Assembly: GCA_965214705.1 (NCBI GenBank)
Contig: CBDCCI010000002.1
Location: 1,056,001-1,120,000, forward strand
DNA from: Alphaproteobacteria bacterium
Lineage (GTDB): Bacteria; Pseudomonadota; Alphaproteobacteria; UBA828
Length of the DNA stretch: 64,000 nucleotides
Direction: 5' to 3'
Positions 1 through 8,648 of the stretch are shown here, in pieces (positions within the stretch are counted from its first letter, which is position 1; each line of letters begins with the position of its first letter). Below the pieces are notes generated by a model. It was not told the origin of the DNA and did no database searches. It was given only the letters and a program-made list of their open reading frames with translations. The translations under genes and the position numbers were made by a program.

Positions 1-1651
1 AATGGTGCTTGCCGTCGGTGAGCGTCACCGAGACATCGACGACCGGGAAGCCGAGCGGCCCGCTGGTGAGAAAGTCGCGCACGCCGGCCTCCACCGCAGG
101 GATGTACTGGCGCGGCACGGCGCCGCCGACCACCTTTTCCTGAAACTCGAAGCCGGTACCGCGCGGCAGCGGCTTCACGTCGATGTGCACGTCGCCGAAC
201 TGGCCGTGGCCGCCGGTCTGCTTTTTGAAGCGCGCGTGCTGGGAGACCGGCTTTCGGATCGCCTCCTTGTAGGCGACCTTCGGCCGCTCGGTCTGCAAAC
301 TGAGCCCGTACTTGCCGGCGAGGCGATCGAGCGCGACCTTCAAGTGCATCTCGCCCTGGCCCCAGAGCACCGCCTCCTGGGTGTCGGGATTGGGCTGGAA
401 GCTGAGCGACGGGTCTTCCTGGGCCAGGCGGCTCATCGCGCCCGACACTTTGACCTCGTCCTCCCGCCGACTGGCCCGCACGGCATAGGCGTACACCGAG
501 GACGGCAGGTTCGCCCGCGGCATCGGCTCGACCTCGGGCCCGTCGGCGGGAGCGACGGTATCGCCGGTGGAGATGGATTCGAGCCGCCCGAGACCGACGA
601 TCTCGCCGGCTTGCGCCTTGTCGATCTTGTTCTGCTGCTGGCCCTGCATCCGGTACATCCCGCCGATGCGCTGGCCGTCGTTGAGCGTCATGCCGTCTTC
701 GATAGTTCCCGCCCAGACCCGCGCGAGCGATACCTTGCCGCCGTGCTGGGTCATGTAGGTCTTGACGACCTGTGCGATCGAGGCGCCGTCGGCACCGGCC
801 GGCAGCCGCCGCGACGCGAGCGCGTCGCCGGGCGCGAAGTCGATCAGCGATTCCAGCAGGCGGCGCACGCCCCAATCCCGCTCCGCAGACCCCATCATCA
901 CAGGTACCACTGCCGCATCCGCCAGCACACCGCGCAGGTAGGCCTGAATCTCCTCGGGCTCTGGAATCTCGTCCTCGAGCAGGCGTTCCAGGAGCGTGTC
1001 GTCGAAGTCCGCCAGGCTCTCGAGTAGCTGCGTGCGCGCGTCCTCCCGGCGTTCCGAAACCTCATCCGGCGCGTCGACGCCAACAGCACCGTCCTGGTCG
1101 CGATATTCGTAGGCCTTGCCGGTAATCAGGTCGACATAACCCGTGACGCTGTCGCCGTCGCGGATTGCGACCTGGCAGGGCACCAGCGGTCGGTCGCTGA
1201 CCGGCTGCACCGCCTCGATCAACTCCGCGACCCGCACCGCCGTCTCGTCCATCCTGTTGGTGAATACGACGTGCGGAATCTCGTGCTGAGCCAGGTACTT
1301 GAAGAGCCGCCCCATGGTCCAGACCCGGTTCGTGTCGGGCGTGCACACGATGACCGCGAGATCGACGCCCATGAGCGCATTGGCGGTCTCGGCGAAGAAC
1401 TCGATCGAGCCCGGACAGTCCAGGATCGTGAAGTGGCGGTCTCGGTACTCGAACGAGGCGGCGTTGACCTCTACGCTCGACTGGCGCCCGCGCGCCTCGT
1501 CGGACCAGTCGCCGACCGTATTGCCGTCCGTGACCTTGCCCTTGCGGCCGATTGCACCGGCCACGAACAACATGCTTTCCAGTAGCGTGGTCTTGCCGCT
1601 CGTGTAGGGGCCGACAAGCGCAATGTTCAGCGCCCCGGTCGAATCACTCAT
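1..1651 (-). CDS. fusA2: Elongation factor G paralog (EF-G2/FusA2-like translational GTPase); 3' end runs off the window
   Basis: Not in the ORF track because it has no stop in the window. Manual translation from ATG 1651 (SD GGAGA upstream): MSDSTGALNIALVGPYTSGKTTLLESMLFVAGAIGRKGKVTDGNTVGD...HFTILDCPGSIEF...VFTNRMD, with EF-G-like domains further on. Confidence 0.9.
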   Translation of the reverse strand, partial: MSDSTGALNIALVGPYTSGKTTLLESMLFVAGAIGRKGKVTDGNTVGDWSDEARGRQSSVEVNAASFEYRDRHFTILDCPGSIEFFAETANALMGVDLAVIVCTPDTNRVWTMGRLFKYLAQHEIPHVVFTNRMDETAVRVAELIEAVQPVSDRPLVPCQVAIRDGDSVTGYVDLITGKAYEYRDQDGAVGVDAPDEVSERREDARTQLLESLADFDDTLLERLLEDEIPEPEEIQAYLRGVLADAAVVPVMMGSAERDWGVRRLLESLIDFAPGDALASRRLPAGADGASIAQVVKTYMTQHGGKVSLARVWAGTIEDGMTLNDGQRIGGMYRMQGQQQNKIDKAQAGEIVGLGRLESISTGDTVAPADGPEVEPMPRANLPSSVYAYAVRASRREDEVKVSGAMSRLAQEDPSLSFQPNPDTQEAVLWGQGEMHLKVALDRLAGKYGLSLQTERPKVAYKEAIRKPVSQHARFKKQTGGHGQFGDVHIDVKPLPRGTGFEFQEKVVGGAVPRQYIPAVEAGVRDFLTSGPLGFPVVDVSVTLTDGKHH

Positions 1652-1852
1652 GCTATCTCCCTTTACCCAGAACCGCGCCGGCGGGCTTCGTTCCGCGGTC
1701 GCGGGGCGGGCATGTTTCCAGTGCCCCGGCCGGAATGCAACCGCGATTAGCGCTCGATCCGCAACGAGAGAGCGGGGCGGCCGGCCCAGTCTGGCGTGGC
1801 TAGGGTGGGGCGGCTATGGTGCCTGCGGTTTGGCTGCGAGGATGGGCTTCGG

Positions 1853-2596
1853 TTGAGCATCTGGGGCAAGATCATCGGCGGCGCCGCAGGGTTTGCGCTG
1901 GGCGGTCCCATCGGCGCGATTCTGGGCGTGGCCGCCGGCCATTTCGTGGACCGGATGGCCACCGGCCGCCGCGTCCGGCGCATCGGCGCGGGCGATCAGG
2001 AGACCAAGCAGGCCGCAGTCTCGATCGCGCTGGTGGTTCTTGCCGCGAAGATGGCGAAGGCCGATGGCCGCGTCACCCGCGAGGAGATCGACGCGTTCAA
2101 GCGGGTCTTCGCCGTTCCCCAAGCCCATGCTGCCGCGATCGGGCGGATCTGGGACGAGGCACGGCGCGAGGCGACCGGCTTCGAGCCCTACGCAGAGCAA
2201 ATCGTGCAGATCTTCCCGCACGACACCACGATGCGGGAGGAAATGCTCGGCGCACTCTTCCAGATCGCCATGGCCGACGGCGAGCTGCACGAAGGGGAGC
2301 GCGCCTACCTTACCCGCGTCGCCCAAATCTTCGGCTTCGACGAGCGCAGCTTCGCGCAGATCATGTCGCGCCACATGGGTGGCGGCGAGGCCGACCCCTA
2401 TCAGGTGCTCGGCGTCGAGCCCAGCGCCTCGGACGACGAGATCAAGCAGACCTACCGCCGGCTGATCCGCGAGCATCACCCCGACAAGCTCATCGCCGAG
2501 GGCATGCCGGAGGAGATGGTCCAGGTTGCGAACGAGCAGATGGCCGCGATCAACGCGGCCTATGACAGGATCGCCAAGCTTCGCGGGCTGCGCTGA
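1853..2596 (+). CDS. djlA: DjlA-like co-chaperone (TerB-like domain plus C-terminal J domain)
   Basis: MSIWGKIIGGAAGFALGGPIGAILG membrane anchor, AKMAKADGRV TerB motif, J domain DPYQVLG...EHHPDKL. TTG start at 1853 inferred. Confidence 0.9.
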   Translation: MSIWGKIIGGAAGFALGGPIGAILGVAAGHFVDRMATGRRVRRIGAGDQETKQAAVSIALVVLAAKMAKADGRVTREEIDAFKRVFAVPQAHAAAIGRIWDEARREATGFEPYAEQIVQIFPHDTTMREEMLGALFQIAMADGELHEGERAYLTRVAQIFGFDERSFAQIMSRHMGGGEADPYQVLGVEPSASDDEIKQTYRRLIREHHPDKLIAEGMPEEMVQVANEQMAAINAAYDRIAKLRGLR

Positions 2597-2664
2597 TCGC
2601 GCTTACCACGCGCTGAGCGCGCCCGCGCCGCCGTTACGCCCGCTTCCGCTGCGCCCGCCGCCCA

Positions 2665-3537
2665 ATGCCGCCGAGTCATATTGCGATCGCGCTCGGCACG
2701 GCCTTGCTCTGGGGCTTTGGCTTCGTGACCAGCAAGTACGGCGCGGACCACATGCCGCCGCTGTTCTTCCTGGCGCTGCGCTTCACGCTGATGGCGCTGA
2801 TGCTGCTCTGGTTCGTGCGCCCGCCTGCCGGCCGCTGGCTCGCCGTGGGCCTCTTCGCGCTGACCATGGGCGTCGGGCATTTCGGCCTGTTTTACGTCGC
2901 GCTCAACATCGGCGTGGAGGCCTCGACGGCGGCGATCATCTGGCTCACACAGGTGCCCCTCAGCGCTCTGCTGGCGGGAATCGTCCTGCGCGAGCGTCCG
3001 GGCTGGATGGCGCACCTGGGCATCGCCATCGCGTTCGGCGGCGCCGTGCTGCTGGTCGGCGAGCCGCGCCACACCGGCAACGCGGCGGGCATCGCGCTCA
3101 TGTTCGGCTCCAGCATTGCATGGGCGGTGGCGAACGTGCAGGTCAAGCGCCTCACCGATATCTCCCCGCTGGCGCTGAACGGCTGGATGTCGGCGATCTC
3201 CGCCATGCTCCTGTTCCCTCTCTCCTTCGCTCTGGAGGAGGGGCAGATCGCGAGCCTGCTGCAGCCCGACTGGCGCCTGCACAGCTCGCTGGTCTATCAG
3301 GTCGTGGGCTCCACCCTGCTGGCCTACTGGGCCTGGTACTATCTGCTCGCGCACAACAAGGTGGCGACGGTGGCCGGCTTCATGCTGTTGGTGCCGGTGG
3401 TGGGCGTGATCTTCGGCGTCTTCATCCTGGGCGATCCGATCACCTGGCAGACCCTTGTGGGCGGCGCGATCATCGTCTCCGGCGTGGCCCTCATCGTCCT
3501 CAAGCGCGCACCGGCGCCTGCGGTGACGAGCCGATGA
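2665..3537 (+). CDS. EamA/DMT family transporter
   Basis: 290 aa, about 10 hydrophobic segments, LWGFGFVTSK...PPLFFLALRF EamA signature, two-repeat structure. Confidence 0.88.
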   Translation: MPPSHIAIALGTALLWGFGFVTSKYGADHMPPLFFLALRFTLMALMLLWFVRPPAGRWLAVGLFALTMGVGHFGLFYVALNIGVEASTAAIIWLTQVPLSALLAGIVLRERPGWMAHLGIAIAFGGAVLLVGEPRHTGNAAGIALMFGSSIAWAVANVQVKRLTDISPLALNGWMSAISAMLLFPLSFALEEGQIASLLQPDWRLHSSLVYQVVGSTLLAYWAWYYLLAHNKVATVAGFMLLVPVVGVIFGVFILGDPITWQTLVGGAIIVSGVALIVLKRAPAPAVTSR

Positions 3538-3577
3538 CGTCGAATTCGGAATCGACTGCGGCGAGGGAGGTCGGTGC

Positions 3578-4348
3578 GTGAGCGATAAGACCGTTGCCGG
3601 GCGCGCTGTGGTCGACATGCCTTCGCCCAACTGGGACGAGCGGCCTGCGGCTGCCGGGCCGGTCGATACGCTGGTGCTGCACTACACGGGCATGGTCTCG
3701 GCCGATGCTGCGCTCGCACGCATGACGGACCCTGCGGCCAAGGTCAGCGCACATTGGTGCATCGGCGAGGACGGCATCCTCTGGCGGCTGGTGCCCGAGG
3801 AACACCGCGCCTGGCACGCCGGGGTGAGCAACTGGCGCGGCCGCCGCGCGGTGAACGATTTTTCGATCGGAATCGAGCTGGTCAATCCCGGCCACGAGCA
3901 CGGCTACCGCCTGTTCCCCCCCGCACAGATGGATGCCCTGCTCGACCTCGCCCGTGCCATCGTCGCGCGTCATCCCATCGACCCCCGCAACGTGGTGGGG
4001 CATTCCGACATCGCGCCGACGCGCCGGCAGGACCCCGGCGAGCTTTTCGACTGGGTGCGTCTCGCCCAGGCGGGCATCGGCGTCTGGCCCGAGGGTGCGG
4101 CGGCGGCAGTTCAAGAAGACCCGCCGCTGCGCCAGGGCCACCGGGGCGCTGCCGTGCGGCGACAACAGGAGCGCCTGCGCGCGATCGGCTACGGCATCGT
4201 GGCCGACAGCGATTTCGGCGCGACCACCGCGGCCGTCGTGCGCGCGTTTCAGAGACACTTCCGCCAGGCCTGCGTCGATGGCGCGATCGATGCCAGTACG
4301 GCCGCCGTCATCGGCCAGGTGCATGCGCTCGCGCTCGGGCAGTCCTGA
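3578..4348 (+). CDS. amiD: N-acetylmuramoyl-L-alanine amidase (Amidase_2, AmpD/AmiD type) with C-terminal peptidoglycan-binding domain
   Basis: SPNWDER, VLHYT, VSAHW, RAWHAGVS, SIGIELVN, GHSDIAP..DPG motifs; C-terminal FGATTAAVVRAFQRHF. Confidence 0.88.
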   Translation: MSDKTVAGRAVVDMPSPNWDERPAAAGPVDTLVLHYTGMVSADAALARMTDPAAKVSAHWCIGEDGILWRLVPEEHRAWHAGVSNWRGRRAVNDFSIGIELVNPGHEHGYRLFPPAQMDALLDLARAIVARHPIDPRNVVGHSDIAPTRRQDPGELFDWVRLAQAGIGVWPEGAAAAVQEDPPLRQGHRGAAVRRQQERLRAIGYGIVADSDFGATTAAVVRAFQRHFRQACVDGAIDASTAAVIGQVHALALGQS

Positions 4349-4355
4349 GACGGGC

Positions 4356-4384
4356 TTGACCGGGTCCGAGCGCGCGCGTAGTCA
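4356..4384 (+). promoter_or_regulatory. Putative sigma70 promoter of rnpB
   Basis: TTGACC (4356-4361), 17 nt spacer, TAGTCA (4379-4384), ending 6 nt before the RNase P P1 helix. Confidence 0.6.
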
Positions 4385-4390
4385 GGGCGG

Positions 4391-4795
<405 letters not shown>

Positions 4796-4812
4796 GTTTC
4801 TCTCCTCGCGGA

Positions 4813-4859
4813 CCCCAATATATGGGGCAGTCTGAATACCAGTACACTATATATTCCCC
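4813..4859. promoter_or_regulatory. Tandem NrdR-box-like palindromes
   Basis: CCCCAATATATGGGGC (4813-4828) and ACACTATATATTCCCC (4844-4859), starts 31 bp apart; both resemble the consensus acaCwAtATaTwGtgt. Confidence 0.5.
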
Positions 4860-4901
4860 CATCGACTGTTGTCCTGGCAGTCGATTCCAGTACTGATAAT
4901 A

Positions 4902-4916
4902 GAACATAAAGAGAAC
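4902..4916. promoter_or_regulatory. Alphaproteobacterial LexA (SOS) box
   Basis: GAAC-ATAAAGA-GAAC is an exact GAAC-N7-GAAC with an A-rich spacer, followed by TATAGT (-10-like). Confidence 0.6.
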
Positions 4917-5060
4917 ATATAGTTGATATCGGCCGAGACTTGATTCCTCTCTCCCGATAACTGGCGCTCTAGCCTTGGTCTCAGGCCTTCCTCCCAAATC
5001 AGATCAGAGTGGTCGGGCCACTGTTCTTGCGTGTTCGCCTGAACACTTGAAATTTTGTCT

Positions 5061-5108
5061 TGCATCCATGATTTCCCATGAGATACCATGCTGTCCCATA
5101 GCATCCCG
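5061..5108. promoter_or_regulatory. MraZ operator direct repeats
   Basis: 10-bp phased repeats tgcatCCATg atttcCCATg agataCCATg ctgtcCCATa gcatcCC (TGGGA/TGGTA/TGGAT on the minus strand) just upstream of mraZ; matches the TGGGN 10-bp-period MraZ boxes. Confidence 0.7.
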
Positions 5109-5183
5109 GATCAGAGCGGGAACAGACGGAGACGGAAACGAGCGACGGCACGGCGAACAGGGCTCGCGCCCGAGGAGCAGGCG

Positions 5184-5630
5184 GTGGCTGTCTTTGCCAA
5201 TACGTTCGTTAACAAGGTGGATCGGAAGGGACGGGTCTCCGTCCCCGCCTCCTTCCGCAACGAGCTGGGCCGGCAGTCCTCCCTCGGAATCGCGGTCTAC
5301 CCCTCCGTCGACAAGAGCCCGTCTCTGACCGGCTGTGGCGAGGATCGTCTCAGAAGCATGAGTGACGCCCTGGGCGGCGATGATCCATTCGACACTGAAT
5401 CCGTCAGCAAGCGCATGAGGCTTTTCCCCGCCGTCCAGCGCCTTCCCCTCGACGCAGACGGTCGGGTGCTCCTGCCGCGCGACCTGCTGGACCATGCCGG
5501 GATCACCACCCATGCCGCATTTGCGGGCATGGGCCGCGACTTCCGAATTTGGGAACCCGAGACCCTCGAAGCCGCCCGGAAGGCGGAAGAGGAGCGAACC
5601 TCCGAGCCGGAACCGGGAGGCGATCGATGA
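5184..5630 (+). CDS. mraZ: Division/cell wall cluster transcriptional repressor MraZ
   Basis: Two SpoVT/AbrB repeats, DRKGRVSVP and DADGRVLLP. GTG start with GAGGAG SD; first gene of the dcw cluster. Confidence 0.93.
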   Translation: MAVFANTFVNKVDRKGRVSVPASFRNELGRQSSLGIAVYPSVDKSPSLTGCGEDRLRSMSDALGGDDPFDTESVSKRMRLFPAVQRLPLDADGRVLLPRDLLDHAGITTHAAFAGMGRDFRIWEPETLEAARKAEEERTSEPEPGGDR

Positions 5631-6598
5631 GCGTCTCGCCCGGTCACGTCCCGGTCATGAAGGACGCGATGCTCTCCCTCATCGCGCCCCAGGACGGCGG
5701 CGTCTACGTGGACGGCACCTTCGGCGGCGGCGGCTACAGCCGGGCCCTGCTGGAGGCTGCCTCCTGCGTGGTCTACGGGATCGACCGCGATGCCGACGCT
5801 CTGCGTGCAGGCGACGCGCTTTCGGTCCGGTTCGGGGGCAGGCTGATCCTGCTCCACGGCCGCTTTTCCGAGATGGCAACCCTGCTCGCGTCCTACCGCG
5901 TGAGCGCGGTGGACGGGATCGCCCTCGATCTCGGCCTCTCCTCCCTCCAACTCGACGACGGCGCGCGGGGTTTCTCGTTCCGTTTCGACGGCCCCCTCGA
6001 TATGAAAATGGACCGGGACGATCCGGGGCCGACGGCGGCCGACCTAGTCAATGGCGAGTCCGAGGCCGAGCTGGCCGCGATCATCGCCGGCTTCGGCGAG
6101 GAGCGCCGCGCCCGCGCCATCGCACGGGCCATCGTCGCGGCCCGTGCCGACGGACCCATCGCCACGACCGGCCAGCTCGCCGAGATCGTCCGGGGTGCGG
6201 TGGCGCGACGGCGGCCGGGCGGGATCGACGCAGCGACTCGCACTTTTATGGCCCTCCGCCTCCGCGTTAACGACGAGATTAACGAGATCGAGCGGGGGCT
6301 CCGCCAGATCGAGCGGCTCCTGCGGCCGGGTGGGCGCGCCATCGTGGTGTCCTTTCACTCCCTTGAGGACCGCCCGGTGAAGCGCTTCTTCCGTGAGCGC
6401 AGTGGTGGGCGGCAGCCCAATCGTCACGAGCCGCCCGCTGCCACGAAATCGCCCGATCCGACCTTCAGACTGCTGACCCGCCGGGCGCGCAAGCCCGACG
6501 GCGCGGAAGTCTCGGCCAACCCCCGGGCGCGCTCGGCACGCCTGCGCGCGGCGGAGCGGACCGCCGCGCAGCCGTGGCACGAGAGGCTCGTCGCATGA
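5627..6598 (+). CDS. rsmH: 16S rRNA m4C1402 methyltransferase RsmH
   Basis: HVPVM, VDGTFGGGGYS, DLGLSSLQLD..RGFSF, VSFHSLEDRPVK, NPRARSARLR. Confidence 0.96.
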   Translation: MSVSPGHVPVMKDAMLSLIAPQDGGVYVDGTFGGGGYSRALLEAASCVVYGIDRDADALRAGDALSVRFGGRLILLHGRFSEMATLLASYRVSAVDGIALDLGLSSLQLDDGARGFSFRFDGPLDMKMDRDDPGPTAADLVNGESEAELAAIIAGFGEERRARAIARAIVAARADGPIATTGQLAEIVRGAVARRRPGGIDAATRTFMALRLRVNDEINEIERGLRQIERLLRPGGRAIVVSFHSLEDRPVKRFFRERSGGRQPNRHEPPAATKSPDPTFRLLTRRARKPDGAEVSANPRARSARLRAAERTAAQPWHERLVA

Positions 6599-6912
6599 TG
6601 CGGCACCTGGTCCTCATATCGATCGCAGCGTTCGTCGTCGCGATGCTCGCCCTCTTCCTCGTGAAGCACGAGGTGAGGGGGCTGGAGCACGAGCTCGCGG
6701 CGCTCGAGCACGAGCGTCAGAGTCACGTCGAGGCGATCCGTGTGCTCCGCTCCGAGTGGAGCTACCTGACCCGCCCCTCCAGGCTCGCGGCCTTGGCCGA
6801 GCGCCACCTCCCGCTTGAGCCGGTAGCGCCCGCGCAGGTCCGCTGGCTGCCCCAGCGGCCGTCCGGGGCTTCCGCATTTGTCACGCCCATCGGCGGCGAG
6901 AGGGAGCTGTGA
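6595..6912 (+). CDS. ftsL: Cell division protein FtsL
   Basis: Short TM segment plus coiled coil, LRSEWSYLTRPSRL, between rsmH and ftsI. Confidence 0.88.
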   Translation: MMRHLVLISIAAFVVAMLALFLVKHEVRGLEHELAALEHERQSHVEAIRVLRSEWSYLTRPSRLAALAERHLPLEPVAPAQVRWLPQRPSGASAFVTPIGGEREL

Positions 6913-8648
6913 GGGACCTCGCGACCCGGCGCTGGTGGCGCCGCGGATCGACCTCCCGCCGTGAGGACGCGGCGGCGCAAGCACAGCCCGCGCTGCTGGA
7001 GCGCGCCCGTGGCCGCCTGCTGGTGACCGGCGTGATCTTCCTGCTCTGCTTCGGTGCGCTGGTGGTTCGCACCCTCGACGTGGCGGTGATCGGCGCACCC
7101 GTCGACATCAGCACCGCCGGAGATGCGAGCGCCTTCGACCCCGGCGCGCGGGCTGACATCGTGGACCGCCACGGCGTTCTCCTGGCGTCGAACCTGCCTA
7201 CGCATGCCCTCTACGTCGAGCCCGGCAAGATCTTCGATCGCGAGGAGGCCGTGGCCGCGCTCGGTCGCCTGTTCCCCGATCTCGACCCGGAGCGCACGGC
7301 CTCTCTCATCGCATCCGGCAAGAAGAGCGCCCTCTTGCGGCACGACCTCACGCCCGAGCAGGCGCACGCCATCAACCGGCTCGGCATCCCCGGTCTCTGG
7401 CTGGAACGCCAGGAACAGCGCGTCTATCCGCAAGGGCGCCTCTTTGCCCACGCGGTCGGGTTCACGGACGTGGACAATCGCGGTCTCGCCGGCGTCGAAA
7501 AGGCGGCCGACGCGGAGCTGCGGCGCCGTGCCGAAGCGCACAGCGGCCCGCTTGCGCTCTCGCTCGACATCCGGGTCCAGCACGCTCTCGCCCAAGCGCT
7601 CCAGCACACCATGACCGCCCATCGCGCGCTCGGCGCCGCCGGCATGGTGATGGACGTGGAGACCGGCGAGCTGCTGGCCCTGGTCAGCCTCCCGTCGTTC
7701 GATCCCAAGGCGCCGGATCGCAGCCCGGCAGAGACCCTCTTCAACCGCGCCACGCTGGGCACTTACGAGCTCGGCTCCACCTTCAAGCCCTTCACCGTGG
7801 CCGCGGCTCTCGACCTCGGCATCGCCGGCATCGAGGACAGCTACGACGCCACCGAGCCGATCAGGGTCTCGCGCTATCTGATCCGCGACCATCATCCCGA
7901 GAATCGTTGGCTGACGGTGCCGGAGATCCTCATTCATTCCTCCAACATCGGCGCGGCGCGGATGGCGGTGGATGTGGGCGCGGAGCGCCAGCGTGCCTTC
8001 CTCGACGCGCTCGGCATGTTCGAGCGGATGCCCCTGGAGACGTCCGAGCGCGGCCGGCCCCTCGCGCCCCGGCGCTGGTCCGAGCACACCACGATGACGG
8101 TGAGTTACGGCCACGGGCTCGCGGTGACGCCGCTGCATCTGCTCGCGAACTACGCCGTGCTGGTCAACGGTGGCATCACGGTGACGCCGACGCTGCTGAA
8201 GCGCGAGCCGGGTGAGCAACTGGTGCAGCGGCGGGTCATCAGCGCGGAGACCTCCGCCGTCATGCGGATGCTGCTCTACGCCGTGGTGGCCGAGGGCACC
8301 GGCAAGAATGCCGCGGTTCCCGGCTACTTGGTGGGCGGCAAGACCGGCACCGCCGAGAAGGCCATCGGCGGCAGGTACAAGCGCGACAGCATGATCACCA
8401 ACTTCGTGGGCGTCTTTCCCATCGACCGGCCCCGCTACGCGGTGCTCACGATGATGGACGAGCCCAAGGGGACCAAGGAGACCTACGGCTTCGCGACGGC
8501 GGGCTGGACTGCGGCGCCGGTCGCCGGCGCCGTCATCGAGCGCATCGCGCCGCTTCTCGGCGTACCGGCCATCGTCGAGCCCGATGAAACCGAAGAGGAG
8601 CCTGCGTTCGCCCGGTGGGACGGCGCGGGACGTCATGCGTCTTACTAG
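6909..8648 (+). CDS. ftsI: Penicillin-binding protein 3 (septal transpeptidase FtsI)
   Basis: RADIVDRHG, GSTFK (SxxK), SSN, KTGT motifs. Confidence 0.95.
   Translation: MRDLATRRWWRRGSTSRREDAAAQAQPALLERARGRLLVTGVIFLLCFGALVVRTLDVAVIGAPVDISTAGDASAFDPGARADIVDRHGVLLASNLPTHALYVEPGKIFDREEAVAALGRLFPDLDPERTASLIASGKKSALLRHDLTPEQAHAINRLGIPGLWLERQEQRVYPQGRLFAHAVGFTDVDNRGLAGVEKAADAELRRRAEAHSGPLALSLDIRVQHALAQALQHTMTAHRALGAAGMVMDVETGELLALVSLPSFDPKAPDRSPAETLFNRATLGTYELGSTFKPFTVAAALDLGIAGIEDSYDATEPIRVSRYLIRDHHPENRWLTVPEILIHSSNIGAARMAVDVGAERQRAFLDALGMFERMPLETSERGRPLAPRRWSEHTTMTVSYGHGLAVTPLHLLANYAVLVNGGITVTPTLLKREPGEQLVQRRVISAETSAVMRMLLYAVVAEGTGKNAAVPGYLVGGKTGTAEKAIGGRYKRDSMITNFVGVFPIDRPRYAVLTMMDEPKGTKETYGFATAGWTAAPVAGAVIERIAPLLGVPAIVEPDETEEEPAFARWDGAGRHASY

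Noticed and set aside
2-1027. 341-aa plus-strand ORF, and similar long shadow ORFs such as 6762-8684, 28193-30400 and 56552-58816
   Set aside because: Antisense or off-frame to clearly identified genes; expected in high-GC DNA where stop codons are scarce.
5023-5036. GTTC-TTGCGT-GTTC as a second LexA box
   Set aside because: Spacer is 6 nt rather than 7.
5061-5108. 10-bp periodic repeats as a novel repeat array or mini-CRISPR
   Set aside because: Too short, no spacers, and explained as MraZ operator repeats.
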